From Halarcobacter sp. (GTDB lineage Bacteria; Campylobacterota; Campylobacteria; Campylobacterales; Arcobacteraceae): 64,000 nt of DNA. The stretch spans positions 2,208,001 to 2,272,000 of the forward strand of contig OY781089.1 in NCBI GenBank assembly GCA_963676565.1, in the 5' to 3' direction. This document shows positions 39,536 through 48,945 of this stretch, piece by piece. Below the pieces are notes generated by a model. The model did not search any database. It was not told where the DNA came from and saw nothing but the letters and a program-made list of their open reading frames with translations. A program made the translations under genes and the position numbers. The number at the start of each line of letters is the position of its first letter. Positions within the stretch are counted from its first letter, which is position 1.

Positions 39536-39737
39536 CATTTCTGTCACAACTATTATTTCACATTAAATATAAATTGAAACTTAAGAATTTTATAAATACA
39601 AAACAAAACTGTTTGCTTTTTATACATTATGTAACAAATTCGATAAAATGCTATTTTAATGCTATTTTACTATAATTTTTTAAAAATTCGCTAACTATAA
39701 ATATGATAATAAATTTACTCTATTACATATAAAATTT

Positions 39738-40622
39738 TCACGAATTCAATTTATTGTTTTTTTGTTGAACAATAAGACCAAAGATAATAAATAGTAAACC
39801 AACTAGTGTTGATATATATATTGGCTCTTTTAATATGAAGTATATAAATACTAAAGAAAGAAATGGAGATATAAAAATTAGATTTGCTATTCTTGATGTG
39901 TTATTTGTTGTTTGCATTGCTTTTAACCAAAACAGAAATGTGATACCCATTTCAAATAATCCAACATAAATAGCACCAAATAAACCGTTTATATTTCTAA
40001 TTTCAAAACTGTCAGTTAAAAGTACATAAATAAATATCATTGGCAAAGCAAATAAAAAGTTACAAAACAAACTTACAACTGGATCTGCTTTAGATTTTGT
40101 ATTAAATATCCAATATAAAGACCAAAGAATTGTACTTAATAAAGCTAAGAATACACCATCCAAATTTGAAAAGTTTAAAGAAAAAGGTTCCCCTTTTGTA
40201 GAAATAATTAATACTCCAAAATAACAAATTATTCCAGCAACAATATCACTAAGTTTTAATTTTTGTTTTAAAAAGGGAACCGAAAGAAAAGCTAACATTA
40301 AAGCCCAAGTGTAATTTATCGCCTGTGCTTCTTGTGCTGGTAATAAATCATAGGCTTTGAATAAAACAAGATAATATAAAAATGGATTTATGGCACCTAA
40401 TACTAAAACAAGTATTGTATTGTTTTTAATATAATCAAAAATCAAATTAAACTTTTTTTGTATTAATAAAACAAATAATAGAGTAAGTAGTGAGCACAAA
40501 GATGCAAAAAAAACAAGTTGTTCGGGACTTAAATACTTCAATGAGTATTTAAATGCAGTTGCAACAGTAGACCATAAAAAAACAGAAATTAATGCATATT
40601 TATATGCGGTATCTTTAATCAT
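39738..40622 (-). CDS. DMT/EamA family transporter
   Basis: About 10 hydrophobic helices in two repeats; FLWST, LKE/KQK loop motifs. Confidence 0.9.
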   Translation of the reverse strand: MIKDTAYKYALISVFLWSTVATAFKYSLKYLSPEQLVFFASLCSLLTLLFVLLIQKKFNLIFDYIKNNTILVLVLGAINPFLYYLVLFKAYDLLPAQEAQAINYTWALMLAFLSVPFLKQKLKLSDIVAGIICYFGVLIISTKGEPFSLNFSNLDGVFLALLSTILWSLYWIFNTKSKADPVVSLFCNFLFALPMIFIYVLLTDSFEIRNINGLFGAIYVGLFEMGITFLFWLKAMQTTNNTSRIANLIFISPFLSLVFIYFILKEPIYISTLVGLLFIIFGLIVQQKNNKLNS

Positions 40623-40627
40623 ATATA

Positions 40628-40652
40628 AATTTCCTCTAAAAAAGAGGAAATT
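40628..40652 (-). terminator. Hairpin after the HExxH gene
   Basis: AATTTCCTCT/AGAGGAAATT inverted repeat; weak U-tract. Confidence 0.55.
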
Positions 40653-40661
40653 GTATCATAA

Positions 40662-41606
40662 TTAAATTATGTGAATTTGAATTATCCCTTTTTTATCTTC
40701 ATCAAAAATGATTCCCATTTCTTTATAAAAGTTATCTATTAATATAGCAAGATTTTTATATATGTTTAGATTTACGAATCCGTGGGGATAAACTTGGTGT
40801 ATACTAGCTAATTCATGTTTTAAAAATGACCAAAATTCATTAAAATAAGATGACTCTATTTTTAAATCAATCTCATCATCAAGTTCAGCAAGAGTAATTT
40901 GCATACCATTTAAATAACCAATTAAATATGAAGCTGTTTTTAAAAGTGTTTCAATTTGTACAATAGAGTTTTCAACTAGATCTTCTCTTTTATGGTTTAT
41001 TTTATATGCCATTAAAGATGTCTTTATATTTTGCTGTGACATATAAATCTTCTCAAGCAATGTAATGGCAACCAATTTTGGATATTGAGTATTTAAGGCA
41101 CTTTGAGAAGAGATAAAATTAGCAATGTATTCACTCCAGCAAGTTTCTGCTATTGGAAATATGATTGAGTCTTTGCCTTTGTAGGTTTTTGTTTTCATTA
41201 ATTGTTTGAAAACATCTATTTTCTTATTATTATCATGAATATGAGCAAATTCATGGTTTAAAACATGCAAGGCATTTTTATACTCTTGTTCATCATTTTT
41301 AGAAGTAATACTTTTTGCAAAATCAGATTTCATTACTAATACTAATTCAAAATCATCATTTTTAGGGACTGTTAAAACAACTGCATAGGTGTCTTTATTT
41401 GCTCTATACTTGTTTTCAAACCCCTTTTTATTTGATTGACTAAGTCTATCAATATCCCTTTCAAAATTAGAAGTTATAACAATTTTTGATAATCTTCTAA
41501 AATCTAGATAAGAAAATTGTTTAATTATATCTTTTAATGAATCTACAACTTTTAATGAAGTATTATCATTTAAACCGTTAATTTTTATATTTATATTATT
41601 GTGCAT
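40662..41606 (-). CDS. Hypothetical protein with a zinc-metallopeptidase HExxH motif (start likely ATG 41606)
   Basis: HEFAH plus downstream WSEYIA; GAGGTG RBS before ATG. Confidence 0.7.
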   Translation of the reverse strand: MHNNINIKINGLNDNTSLKVVDSLKDIIKQFSYLDFRRLSKIVITSNFERDIDRLSQSNKKGFENKYRANKDTYAVVLTVPKNDDFELVLVMKSDFAKSITSKNDEQEYKNALHVLNHEFAHIHDNNKKIDVFKQLMKTKTYKGKDSIIFPIAETCWSEYIANFISSQSALNTQYPKLVAITLLEKIYMSQQNIKTSLMAYKINHKREDLVENSIVQIETLLKTASYLIGYLNGMQITLAELDDEIDLKIESSYFNEFWSFLKHELASIHQVYPHGFVNLNIYKNLAILIDNFYKEMGIIFDEDKKGIIQIHII

Positions 41607-41726
41607 AATGGTCACCTCTAATGTAATTATAAAACAGTTTTATATTTTCTTCTTAATGAAGTAGTTTTATATATGAAGTTTAAGTTGTTTTATATAAACT
41701 TAAAGTTTAGTTAAAAAGGAGCAATT

Positions 41727-42392
41727 ATGAAAATTTTTTTATCTATAGTTTTACTATTTAGTTTTTCATTTACCTATGGTTATGATTTAAAAAATATAGG
41801 CGTAGAGATTGAAAGTAATGGAAAAACTATTACAATAAAAAGAATAGATGATGAAGAGTGTCTTTTAATAAATGGTGCAATTCCTGAAAACCTATTTTCT
41901 GGTAACTATGCAAAAGAGGACTTACCCAAAGCTTGTGTTAAAAAGTTTCTTACAACAATGGGAAAAATCACACCAATGAAAATCAATGATAAAATTGAAA
42001 CTATTGGAGAACTTGAAGTTATAAAGTTTATTGAAAAATCACAAACTAACAAAAATATGCTTTTAATAGATTCAAGATTACCTGATTGGTATTTACAGTT
42101 TACTATTCCAACTGCTGAAAATATCCCTTTTACTTATTTTGATAAAAGTAAATATCCAGATGACTTTTATGATGCTTTAGAGATGATTGGTGTAAAAGAG
42201 ATTTCAGAAAATAAATATGATTATTCAAAGGCTAAGGATTTAGTTTTATTTTGTAATGGTGCATGGTGTCCACAATCAAGTTTTGCCATAGAAAACTTAA
42301 TAAAGCTTGGTTTCCCTCAAGAAAAAATTAAATGGTATAGAGGTGGGATATATTCTTGGAAACTTCTAAATTTAACAACAGTTGCGGAGTAA
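41727..42392 (+). CDS. Secreted rhodanese-domain sulfurtransferase
   Basis: Signal peptide; LIDSR..WY...IPTA.NIP; FCNGAWCPQS loop; WYRGG..SW. Confidence 0.9.
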   Translation: MKIFLSIVLLFSFSFTYGYDLKNIGVEIESNGKTITIKRIDDEECLLINGAIPENLFSGNYAKEDLPKACVKKFLTTMGKITPMKINDKIETIGELEVIKFIEKSQTNKNMLLIDSRLPDWYLQFTIPTAENIPFTYFDKSKYPDDFYDALEMIGVKEISENKYDYSKAKDLVLFCNGAWCPQSSFAIENLIKLGFPQEKIKWYRGGIYSWKLLNLTTVAE

Positions 42393-42398
42393 TTTAAG

Positions 42399-43556
42399 TT
42401 ACCCCAACTGTTTATTTACATCTTGAACAATAGTTTTATCTAAAGTGCCCTCTTCTGATAGCTTTATCATAATATTAATAGCTTCTTGGTGATTATATTT
42501 ATCCCTGTAAGACTTTTTTGTTGTAAGAGACTGATAAACGTTTAAAACAGCCATAAGTCTATCTTTTAAACTTAAGTCCTTTCCTGAAAGTTTGTATGGA
42601 TAACCTTGTCCGTCAACTCTTTCTTGAGCTCTAGATGCCCAATTTGAAATATCATTAAAGCCCATTAGATTAGTTAATATCTTTTTAGTATAATAAGGAT
42701 AAGTTTTCATAATCTCAAACTCATTCTCATCTAAAGTACCAGCTTTTGTTAAGATTTTGCTAGGAATAGCTAATTTCCCAATATTGTATAATGATGCAGC
42801 AATTAAAAATGTTTGCTTGTCTTTATGTTCAAAATCATAAAAGTCTGCCATTTTTGAACACTTATCTAGTATATTTTCATTCTCTTCATTTAATATTGTA
42901 AAAATTGAAGTTATTTCTAAAACCTCTTCAAATGTTGGTTCTATTGTAAAGTCATATAATGTAGAAAAGATATAAAAAAGTATATCGTTTTCATTTTGGA
43001 TATCAAGCCAGAAATCAACTGTTGAAGAAACGTCTAAAAACATATCAGAGATATCTTTTGAAAAAAGTTTATCTTCATTTTTTTCAATAAAATTTTTGAT
43101 ATCTTTTTTTAATTGTACATTTTCATCTAAAAAATCAAAATTAGTATCAATAATATGTGAAAATGAGATGATTTGTGATAAAAATGGAATCTCATTTTCT
43201 TTTAAAGCAAAAAAAGAGGAACCATCGTAGTGTTCTTGATGATATTTTAATATATCATCATACTTACATAAAAAAGGTAGTTTATCTGCAAGGTTTTGAG
43301 CTAATTCAAAATACTCTTTGTTATAGTCGTTAATTTTTCTTAATGATACATTATGAAGTAAACAATAAGCACATAAGTCTGCCATTTCTTGTGGACTTAA
43401 CTGAAATCTTTCACCTAGTTTTAAAGAGATAAAAGCAATTCTTCTAGAGTGATTCTTTTTAGTATTTTTTAAATCTTTTTCCACTAAATCCAGGACTAAA
43501 GATATTGATAATAAAAAATTGTTTAAATTAAACTGTAGCTGTTTTTTCTTGTTCAT
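42399..43556 (-). CDS. Tandem HD-GYP domain protein, degenerate
   Basis: HSRR, IGKLAIP..IL.K.G.L, ERVDGQGYP..L.G; HD pairs replaced by HN and YN. Confidence 0.85.
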   Translation of the reverse strand: MNKKKQLQFNLNNFLLSISLVLDLVEKDLKNTKKNHSRRIAFISLKLGERFQLSPQEMADLCAYCLLHNVSLRKINDYNKEYFELAQNLADKLPFLCKYDDILKYHQEHYDGSSFFALKENEIPFLSQIISFSHIIDTNFDFLDENVQLKKDIKNFIEKNEDKLFSKDISDMFLDVSSTVDFWLDIQNENDILFYIFSTLYDFTIEPTFEEVLEITSIFTILNEENENILDKCSKMADFYDFEHKDKQTFLIAASLYNIGKLAIPSKILTKAGTLDENEFEIMKTYPYYTKKILTNLMGFNDISNWASRAQERVDGQGYPYKLSGKDLSLKDRLMAVLNVYQSLTTKKSYRDKYNHQEAINIMIKLSEEGTLDKTIVQDVNKQLG

Positions 43557-43626
43557 AAATTATCCGTAATTGTTTTGTAAACACAATGCTACAATATAAA
43601 GCATTAAAAATTGAAGAAAAGTAGTT

Positions 43627-44415
43627 TTACTCTTCTTCAATCATTCCAACAATAGATTCAACAGAGGTGTTTGTCATATCTAAATCTAGATGTTCAGCCC
43701 CTTCAACTTTAACAAGTTTTGCATTTAATCCATTATTCTTAGCAACTTCAAAAAACTTGGTAGTTACTTCTGGTTTTGATATTTTATCAGCTGTCCCATA
43801 GATAAATAGATATTTTGTATTTTTATCTACATTATCAATTACATCATTAAAAGATACTAGGTTTTTCCCTTTATTTTCAGGCTTTGTAACATAACTTCCA
43901 CCTGCTAATGCAATATTTTGAATTAGTCCAGGTTTTAATCCAGTTAAAGTTGCTCCCATTCTTGCACCTGCACTATGACCTACATATGTTACAGTAGTAG
44001 CTTCATATTTTTGTTTTAAGGCATCTACTAATTCACCTAAAAATAAAATATACTCTTTGTTTGAAGAAAGATTTTTTACACCTTCATGGGCTAAAGCTTG
44101 AAAATTGTTTGTTGATGAATTTGAATAACCTGGAAGAGCTACTGCAATTGTAGTTAAATCTGTATTCATATTCATAGTCTCCGCAAAAGGTGCATATCTA
44201 CCAAGGGTATTTGTCCCTTCATCCCATGTACCATGAACTATAATCATTATATGATCATTTGAATCTCCACTAAAGGTTCTTGTTTCTATACACTCACCAC
44301 CAGCAAAAATAAAATTTTCACCTAAAGAACCACAATCCTCTTGAGAGATTTTTTTTGCGTTTAAACTCAATGAAAGTAAAAAAATTGAGATAAAAATTGA
44401 CACTTTTTTTAACAT
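43627..44415 (-). CDS. Secreted alpha/beta hydrolase
   Basis: Signal peptide; VHG, GHSAG nucleophile elbow, YGTAD, GAEH triad. Confidence 0.88.
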   Translation of the reverse strand: MLKKVSIFISIFLLSLSLNAKKISQEDCGSLGENFIFAGGECIETRTFSGDSNDHIMIIVHGTWDEGTNTLGRYAPFAETMNMNTDLTTIAVALPGYSNSSTNNFQALAHEGVKNLSSNKEYILFLGELVDALKQKYEATTVTYVGHSAGARMGATLTGLKPGLIQNIALAGGSYVTKPENKGKNLVSFNDVIDNVDKNTKYLFIYGTADKISKPEVTTKFFEVAKNNGLNAKLVKVEGAEHLDLDMTNTSVESIVGMIEEE

Positions 44416-44564
44416 AATATACTCCTTTTTATAATTATAATAATTTATAAGATTTAACTTATTTATACAATAAAGAAATAAGCCTAAAATATAAAGATAA
44501 GTTATAGTAAAGTTATGTTTAAATGTAATATTAAATAAAAAGAAAGAGTGGATTTTTAAATATC

Positions 44565-44586
44565 AAAAGAGGGGTGATCCTCTTTT
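44565..44586 (-). terminator. Terminator at the end of the sox operon
   Basis: AAAAGAGG/CCTCTTTT inverted repeat abutting the DsrE gene stop. Confidence 0.7.
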
Positions 44587-45024
44587 TTAGTAAGCGATTA
44601 TTCCTACATAACCAGCTATTTGTCTTTCTATAACTTCAACAATTCCTGCTTGAACATAAGAAACATCTTCAATAAAATCGTCTTCAGTCCATTTCATAGT
44701 TTCCATAGTATTTCTACATACAATAAATTCCACATCATATTCCATTAAAGACTTTATTCTTGTTAATGCTTTTTCATCATAATCTTTCATTAGTGCTCTA
44801 ACACCATTTCCGTAAGCAATTACAACAACTTTTAAACTCTCTTCTGGGTATTCTTTTAAAATATTATAAATTGTACTTAAATTATGATCTACTTTTTTTA
44901 AATCTGAATCATACAATTGAATAGCAACTTTTCGCGGGCTCTCAAATGTTGGTTGTGGGTCGTTAAAAGTTGATTCGGCAAAACTAAATACAGTTAATAG
45001 TATAACTATTAAAAAACTTTTCAT
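44587..45024 (-). CDS. DsrE/DsrF-like family protein with signal peptide
   Basis: VVIAYGNGV.AL, VEFIVCRNTM, VQAGIVE..ERQ..GY. Confidence 0.88.
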   Translation of the reverse strand: MKSFLIVILLTVFSFAESTFNDPQPTFESPRKVAIQLYDSDLKKVDHNLSTIYNILKEYPEESLKVVVIAYGNGVRALMKDYDEKALTRIKSLMEYDVEFIVCRNTMETMKWTEDDFIEDVSYVQAGIVEVIERQIAGYVGIIAY

Positions 45025-45036
45025 CTATATCCTTTT

Positions 45037-45498
45037 TTATGCAACGTTGTGTTGCTTTTCTATAATTTTTACTGTTGAACCTTTTTTTACTTCACCAGAT
45101 TTTAGAATCTTACAATATATTCCCCTACAATCTTGAACGATAATTGGTAAATCATCATCAAAAACTGCTAAGTGGTTACAAATAGTACAGTTTTCAGTAA
45201 TTTGTATTTGTGCTTCACCAATTTCAAATATAGTTCCAACATGATAATCGTGTGGATTAAAATCAAATAGTATATTTTCTCCTAAACTTCCATATTCTAT
45301 ACTAATATCGTTTTCTTTAGCCAAATCATATGTAGTTTTACCAACTATCATAACAGCTTTATCTATATCTTTACCAGCAAATTTATCATCTTTTATTCCA
45401 AAATCTAATATTAATTCTAATTTATCAACTTTTGGTCTAGGCAAACCACTTTGACCTTTTTTTGCACTAAAAGTGTCTAAAACTTTATGTTTAATCAT
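45037..45498 (-). CDS. MOSC-domain protein
   Basis: GI.DD.FAG, GSLGENI, IGEA.IQIT..CTIC, RGIY.KIL.SG. Confidence 0.88.
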   Translation of the reverse strand: MIKHKVLDTFSAKKGQSGLPRPKVDKLELILDFGIKDDKFAGKDIDKAVMIVGKTTYDLAKENDISIEYGSLGENILFDFNPHDYHVGTIFEIGEAQIQITENCTICNHLAVFDDDLPIIVQDCRGIYCKILKSGEVKKGSTVKIIEKQHNVA

Positions 45499-46298
45499 AA
45501 ATTTTCCTTTAATATTCCTAAAAAGTCTTTTCTATCCCATGCACCAGGATAGGTATTAATTAATTGCCCTGCACTAGTTAGAATAAAGAATGTTGGTGTC
45601 ATACCTTTAAATCTTTTATTTAAACCAAAGGGTAATGAAACATAATCTACATCAACCTCTACAAAAATATAATCTTCCCCTATTGCCTCTTGGACCTCAG
45701 TTAAATCAAGAACATCATTTTTCATCTTTTTACAAAAGTAACAACTTTGAGCAGTAGCAAAAACTATAATTTGTTTATTTTTTTCTAAAGCTTCTTTGAT
45801 TATTTTATCATCATTATTATTGTTTTTTAAAACTTTAACTGGCTTAGGAAATCTTTTTAATCTATCCTCTTTATAACCCATGAAAAATTCAGCTAACAAT
45901 GTTGCTTCATCTTCAGTTATATCCATTGGTTCTTTTTCTTTATAATATTTAACAACATGGTTATCACAAACAGTGTTATTAATATCAGGATTTGCCAAAT
46001 ATTCTTTTAAATACTCTTCTATTTCAACAATTCTCATTTCAGAGTCACTAGGATCCCCTATCTTTTTACTACTTTCCATAATAGCCCATGCTAACATGTT
46101 TTGTGTTGGAATTGTTAAATTTAACAAGGTATTATTTCTTTCAAAAAAATTCTCTTTTAATTTTTTAAATGAGATATACTCTTCATGACAAGATGCACAT
46201 TTGTTTTCAAATAAAACTTTACCCTCTTTAAAATCTGCCTTTAAATTAACAAAAAAAGCTAAGATAGTAAATAATAAAATCGTCCTTCTTATAATCAT
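45495..46298 (-). CDS. Cytochrome c - thioredoxin fusion (SoxW-like C-terminal domain)
   Basis: Signal peptide; CASCH haem motif; CYFCKKM and TPTF thioredoxin motifs. Confidence 0.8.
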   Translation of the reverse strand: MIIRRTILLFTILAFFVNLKADFKEGKVLFENKCASCHEEYISFKKLKENFFERNNTLLNLTIPTQNMLAWAIMESSKKIGDPSDSEMRIVEIEEYLKEYLANPDINNTVCDNHVVKYYKEKEPMDITEDEATLLAEFFMGYKEDRLKRFPKPVKVLKNNNNDDKIIKEALEKNKQIIVFATAQSCYFCKKMKNDVLDLTEVQEAIGEDYIFVEVDVDYVSLPFGLNKRFKGMTPTFFILTSAGQLINTYPGAWDRKDFLGILKENL

Positions 46299-46351
46299 TT
46301 TCTTCCTTCTTTCAACTTATTAAAAAACTAAAAAAGTATTTTAATAAACTG

Positions 46352-46383
46352 AAAAGATATAGAGATAAGACTCTATACCTTTT
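46352..46383 (-). terminator. Hairpin/terminator after soxB
   Basis: AAAAGATATAGAG/CTCTATACCTTTT imperfect inverted repeat; the mismatch is a G-U pair on the minus strand. Confidence 0.65.
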
Positions 46384-46393
46384 ACATAAGGAT

Positions 46394-48172
46394 TTAAACG
46401 ATTCCTGGGTTTCCTTTGATACCAACAATATCTGGAGTATCAACTTTAAGATTTGCAATATGTTTAACATTTTGAAGATAAGTTTCAACTGTTTCCCATA
46501 CTGGTTCACCTGGAGATTTTGCACCAACAGTAGACCAACCAGCAACCTTGTATGATTTATTAGCATCAAGTTTTTGACCAGTCTTAGTTAGCGTAATTTC
46601 AGAAATTCTTTCTCCCATTTTAGCAGTAGGATTGATTTTATATGATATTCCACCTGTTCTAACCATATCACCACCTTGTTGGTAGAATGGGTCTTCATTG
46701 AACAAGTTATCAGCAACGTCTTCTAAAATTAATTTAATATCTTTACCAGAAATATCTCTAGCATAAGTTTCTGGATATGTCATAGCTGTTTGTGTAGCTA
46801 AATCATCAAATGTAATATCTTGACCAGGCATAACTGAAGTTCCCCATCTAAATCCAGGAGAAAGTGAAATATCAGCACCTTTAACATCAATTAATGCATC
46901 ACAAATGATTTGGTCCCAAGAACCATTAAAATTACCTCTTCTAAATAAAGTTTGCTCTGTTGTAGCAATTACTCTATCAAGGTCTTTTTTAAATGGAGCT
47001 CTTACATCTTCGATGTATTTTTTCATCTCTGGGTCTTCAGGAATTAAATCAGAGAAAATTGGAAGTAAAGTAAATTTGTGACCTACAATTTTTCCATCTT
47101 TTACATCTAAATCTAATACATTTAAGAACTTACCATTTGAACCTGCATTACATACATATGTAACACCATTTTCATTTTTAACAGGATAAGCTTCAGGAAC
47201 ACCATCATGTGTGTGTCCACCCATAATAAAATCAATTCCAGTTACAACTTCTGCCATTTTTTTGTCAGTGTCATAACCATTGTGAGAAAGAACAATAACT
47301 GCATCTGGTTTCTCTTCTTCTCTAACCATATCAACAACTTCTTGCATACCTTCATCATTGATTGAGAATGTCCAATCTTCTATAAATCTTTGTGGATTTG
47401 CAATAGTTGTATAAGGGAATGCTTGACCAATTATAGCAATTCTAGCACCACCAATCTCTTTGATTGTATATGGTTTAAATGCATAACCATCATCCATATC
47501 ATAAGCTTGTTTTGCAATTTCAGTTTCATTAAATAATGAATCTTCTTTTACCTTAACATTTTGAGCTAAGAACTCTGCATTTAACATTTTAACATTATCC
47601 AATACTTCTTGTGCATTATAAGTAAATTCCCAGTGTCCAACAGCTACATCAACACCTAAAAGATTCATTGCCCCTACCATATCTTTACCTCTAGTTTGAA
47701 GTGCAGTCCATGAACCTTGCCATGTATCACCACCATCTAATAGTAAAGATTTATCAGCTCCAAAACTATTTCTTAAAAAATCAACTACAGTTTTAATTTG
47801 TGCAAAACCGCCAGTTCTTCCCATAGCTTTTGCATGCTTTTCAAAGTTTACCATTGAATATGCATATTCAAGTCTTTTATTACCTTTAATTCCATAATAA
47901 TCTAATAGTTTCTCACCAACAATATGTGGTGGCTTACCATAGTTTCCATGAAAACCTAAGTTTACACTAGGCTCTCTAAAATAAACAGGTAGTAATTGAG
48001 CATGTGAATCTGTCATATGCATTAGCCTTACATTACCATATGGCTTAAGTTTATAATAATCTTCTAAATTCTTAGTTGTTTCTACCATTCTCGTGTGTGA
48101 ATTAGCAAAAACTGGTGCAGAACCTAAAACTGCCATCATATAAACAAATTCTCTTCTACTTAATTTACTCAT
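46394..48172 (-). CDS. soxB: Thiosulfohydrolase SoxB
   Basis: Tat signal SRREF; TDSHAQL.P.YFREPS.N, DGGDTWQG, GHWEF, GGHTHD, YQQGGDMVR. Confidence 0.97.
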   Translation of the reverse strand: MSKLSRREFVYMMAVLGSAPVFANSHTRMVETTKNLEDYYKLKPYGNVRLMHMTDSHAQLLPVYFREPSVNLGFHGNYGKPPHIVGEKLLDYYGIKGNKRLEYAYSMVNFEKHAKAMGRTGGFAQIKTVVDFLRNSFGADKSLLLDGGDTWQGSWTALQTRGKDMVGAMNLLGVDVAVGHWEFTYNAQEVLDNVKMLNAEFLAQNVKVKEDSLFNETEIAKQAYDMDDGYAFKPYTIKEIGGARIAIIGQAFPYTTIANPQRFIEDWTFSINDEGMQEVVDMVREEEKPDAVIVLSHNGYDTDKKMAEVVTGIDFIMGGHTHDGVPEAYPVKNENGVTYVCNAGSNGKFLNVLDLDVKDGKIVGHKFTLLPIFSDLIPEDPEMKKYIEDVRAPFKKDLDRVIATTEQTLFRRGNFNGSWDQIICDALIDVKGADISLSPGFRWGTSVMPGQDITFDDLATQTAMTYPETYARDISGKDIKLILEDVADNLFNEDPFYQQGGDMVRTGGISYKINPTAKMGERISEITLTKTGQKLDANKSYKVAGWSTVGAKSPGEPVWETVETYLQNVKHIANLKVDTPDIVGIKGNPGIV

Positions 48173-48207
48173 TAATAAATTCCTTCATTTAATATTAGAA
48201 ACCTAAA

Positions 48208-48861
48208 TTATTTACCATCACCTACAACAGTATATCCAAGTGAAGTCCAAGCTTGCATACCACCTCTGTAGTATTTAATTTTTTCTGCTGGATATCCCAT
48301 ATTTAAAAGTGAAAATTTAGCTTTTTTAACCATTCCTGGAGTTTGTCCACACCAGTAACCATTACAATACAATGCTAAAGTTTTAGCATTAGAAAAGTCA
48401 AGTGTTCCATCCTCTTTTTGAACAACACCCATTTCATCTTCCATCATCTCAATTGCAGTATCTTTTTCATCAAAATTAGTATATGGAACATTTACAGCTC
48501 CTGGAATTCTTAATTTTGCATACCAACCTGGTTTTCTTGAGTCAATTACAGCAATAGTTTTATCTGTTTGAGCTTTTTTCATATATTCAATAAACTCTAA
48601 CTCCCCTAATGTTTCAACACCTGGTGCTAAAATCATTGGTTGTGCAGTTCCTCTATTAGTTGTTTCATAAAGTGGTGAAATTTTATTACCTGGAGTTTGA
48701 TTTCTCATTAATGTAAACTTTTCACCATTTAAATTCATCTCAATTGATTTCACTCCTGGCAGTGCAGGAACAAACTTCTCACTACCCTCAGCAGCAAAAC
48801 TTCCAGTTGAACATATACCAGCAATTGCTGATGTTATTATAAATCTCTTTAGAATTGTCAT
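48208..48861 (-). CDS. Secreted rhodanese-domain sulfurtransferase within the sox operon
   Basis: Signal peptide; IDSR..WY...IPGAVN; YCNGYWCGQT; YYRGGMQAW. Confidence 0.9.
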   Translation of the reverse strand: MTILKRFIITSAIAGICSTGSFAAEGSEKFVPALPGVKSIEMNLNGEKFTLMRNQTPGNKISPLYETTNRGTAQPMILAPGVETLGELEFIEYMKKAQTDKTIAVIDSRKPGWYAKLRIPGAVNVPYTNFDEKDTAIEMMEDEMGVVQKEDGTLDFSNAKTLALYCNGYWCGQTPGMVKKAKFSLLNMGYPAEKIKYYRGGMQAWTSLGYTVVGDGK

Positions 48862-48898
48862 CTTTTTATTTCCTTAATTTCATACATATCATTTAAAT

Positions 48899-48930
48899 AA
48901 AAAAAGCCAAGATTAAAAATCTTGACTTTT
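48899..48930 (-). terminator. Internal terminator in the sox operon
   Basis: Minus strand AAAAGTCAAGATT-loop-AATCTTGGCTTTTTTT. Confidence 0.75.
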
Positions 48931-48945
48931 TAACAATACTAATTT

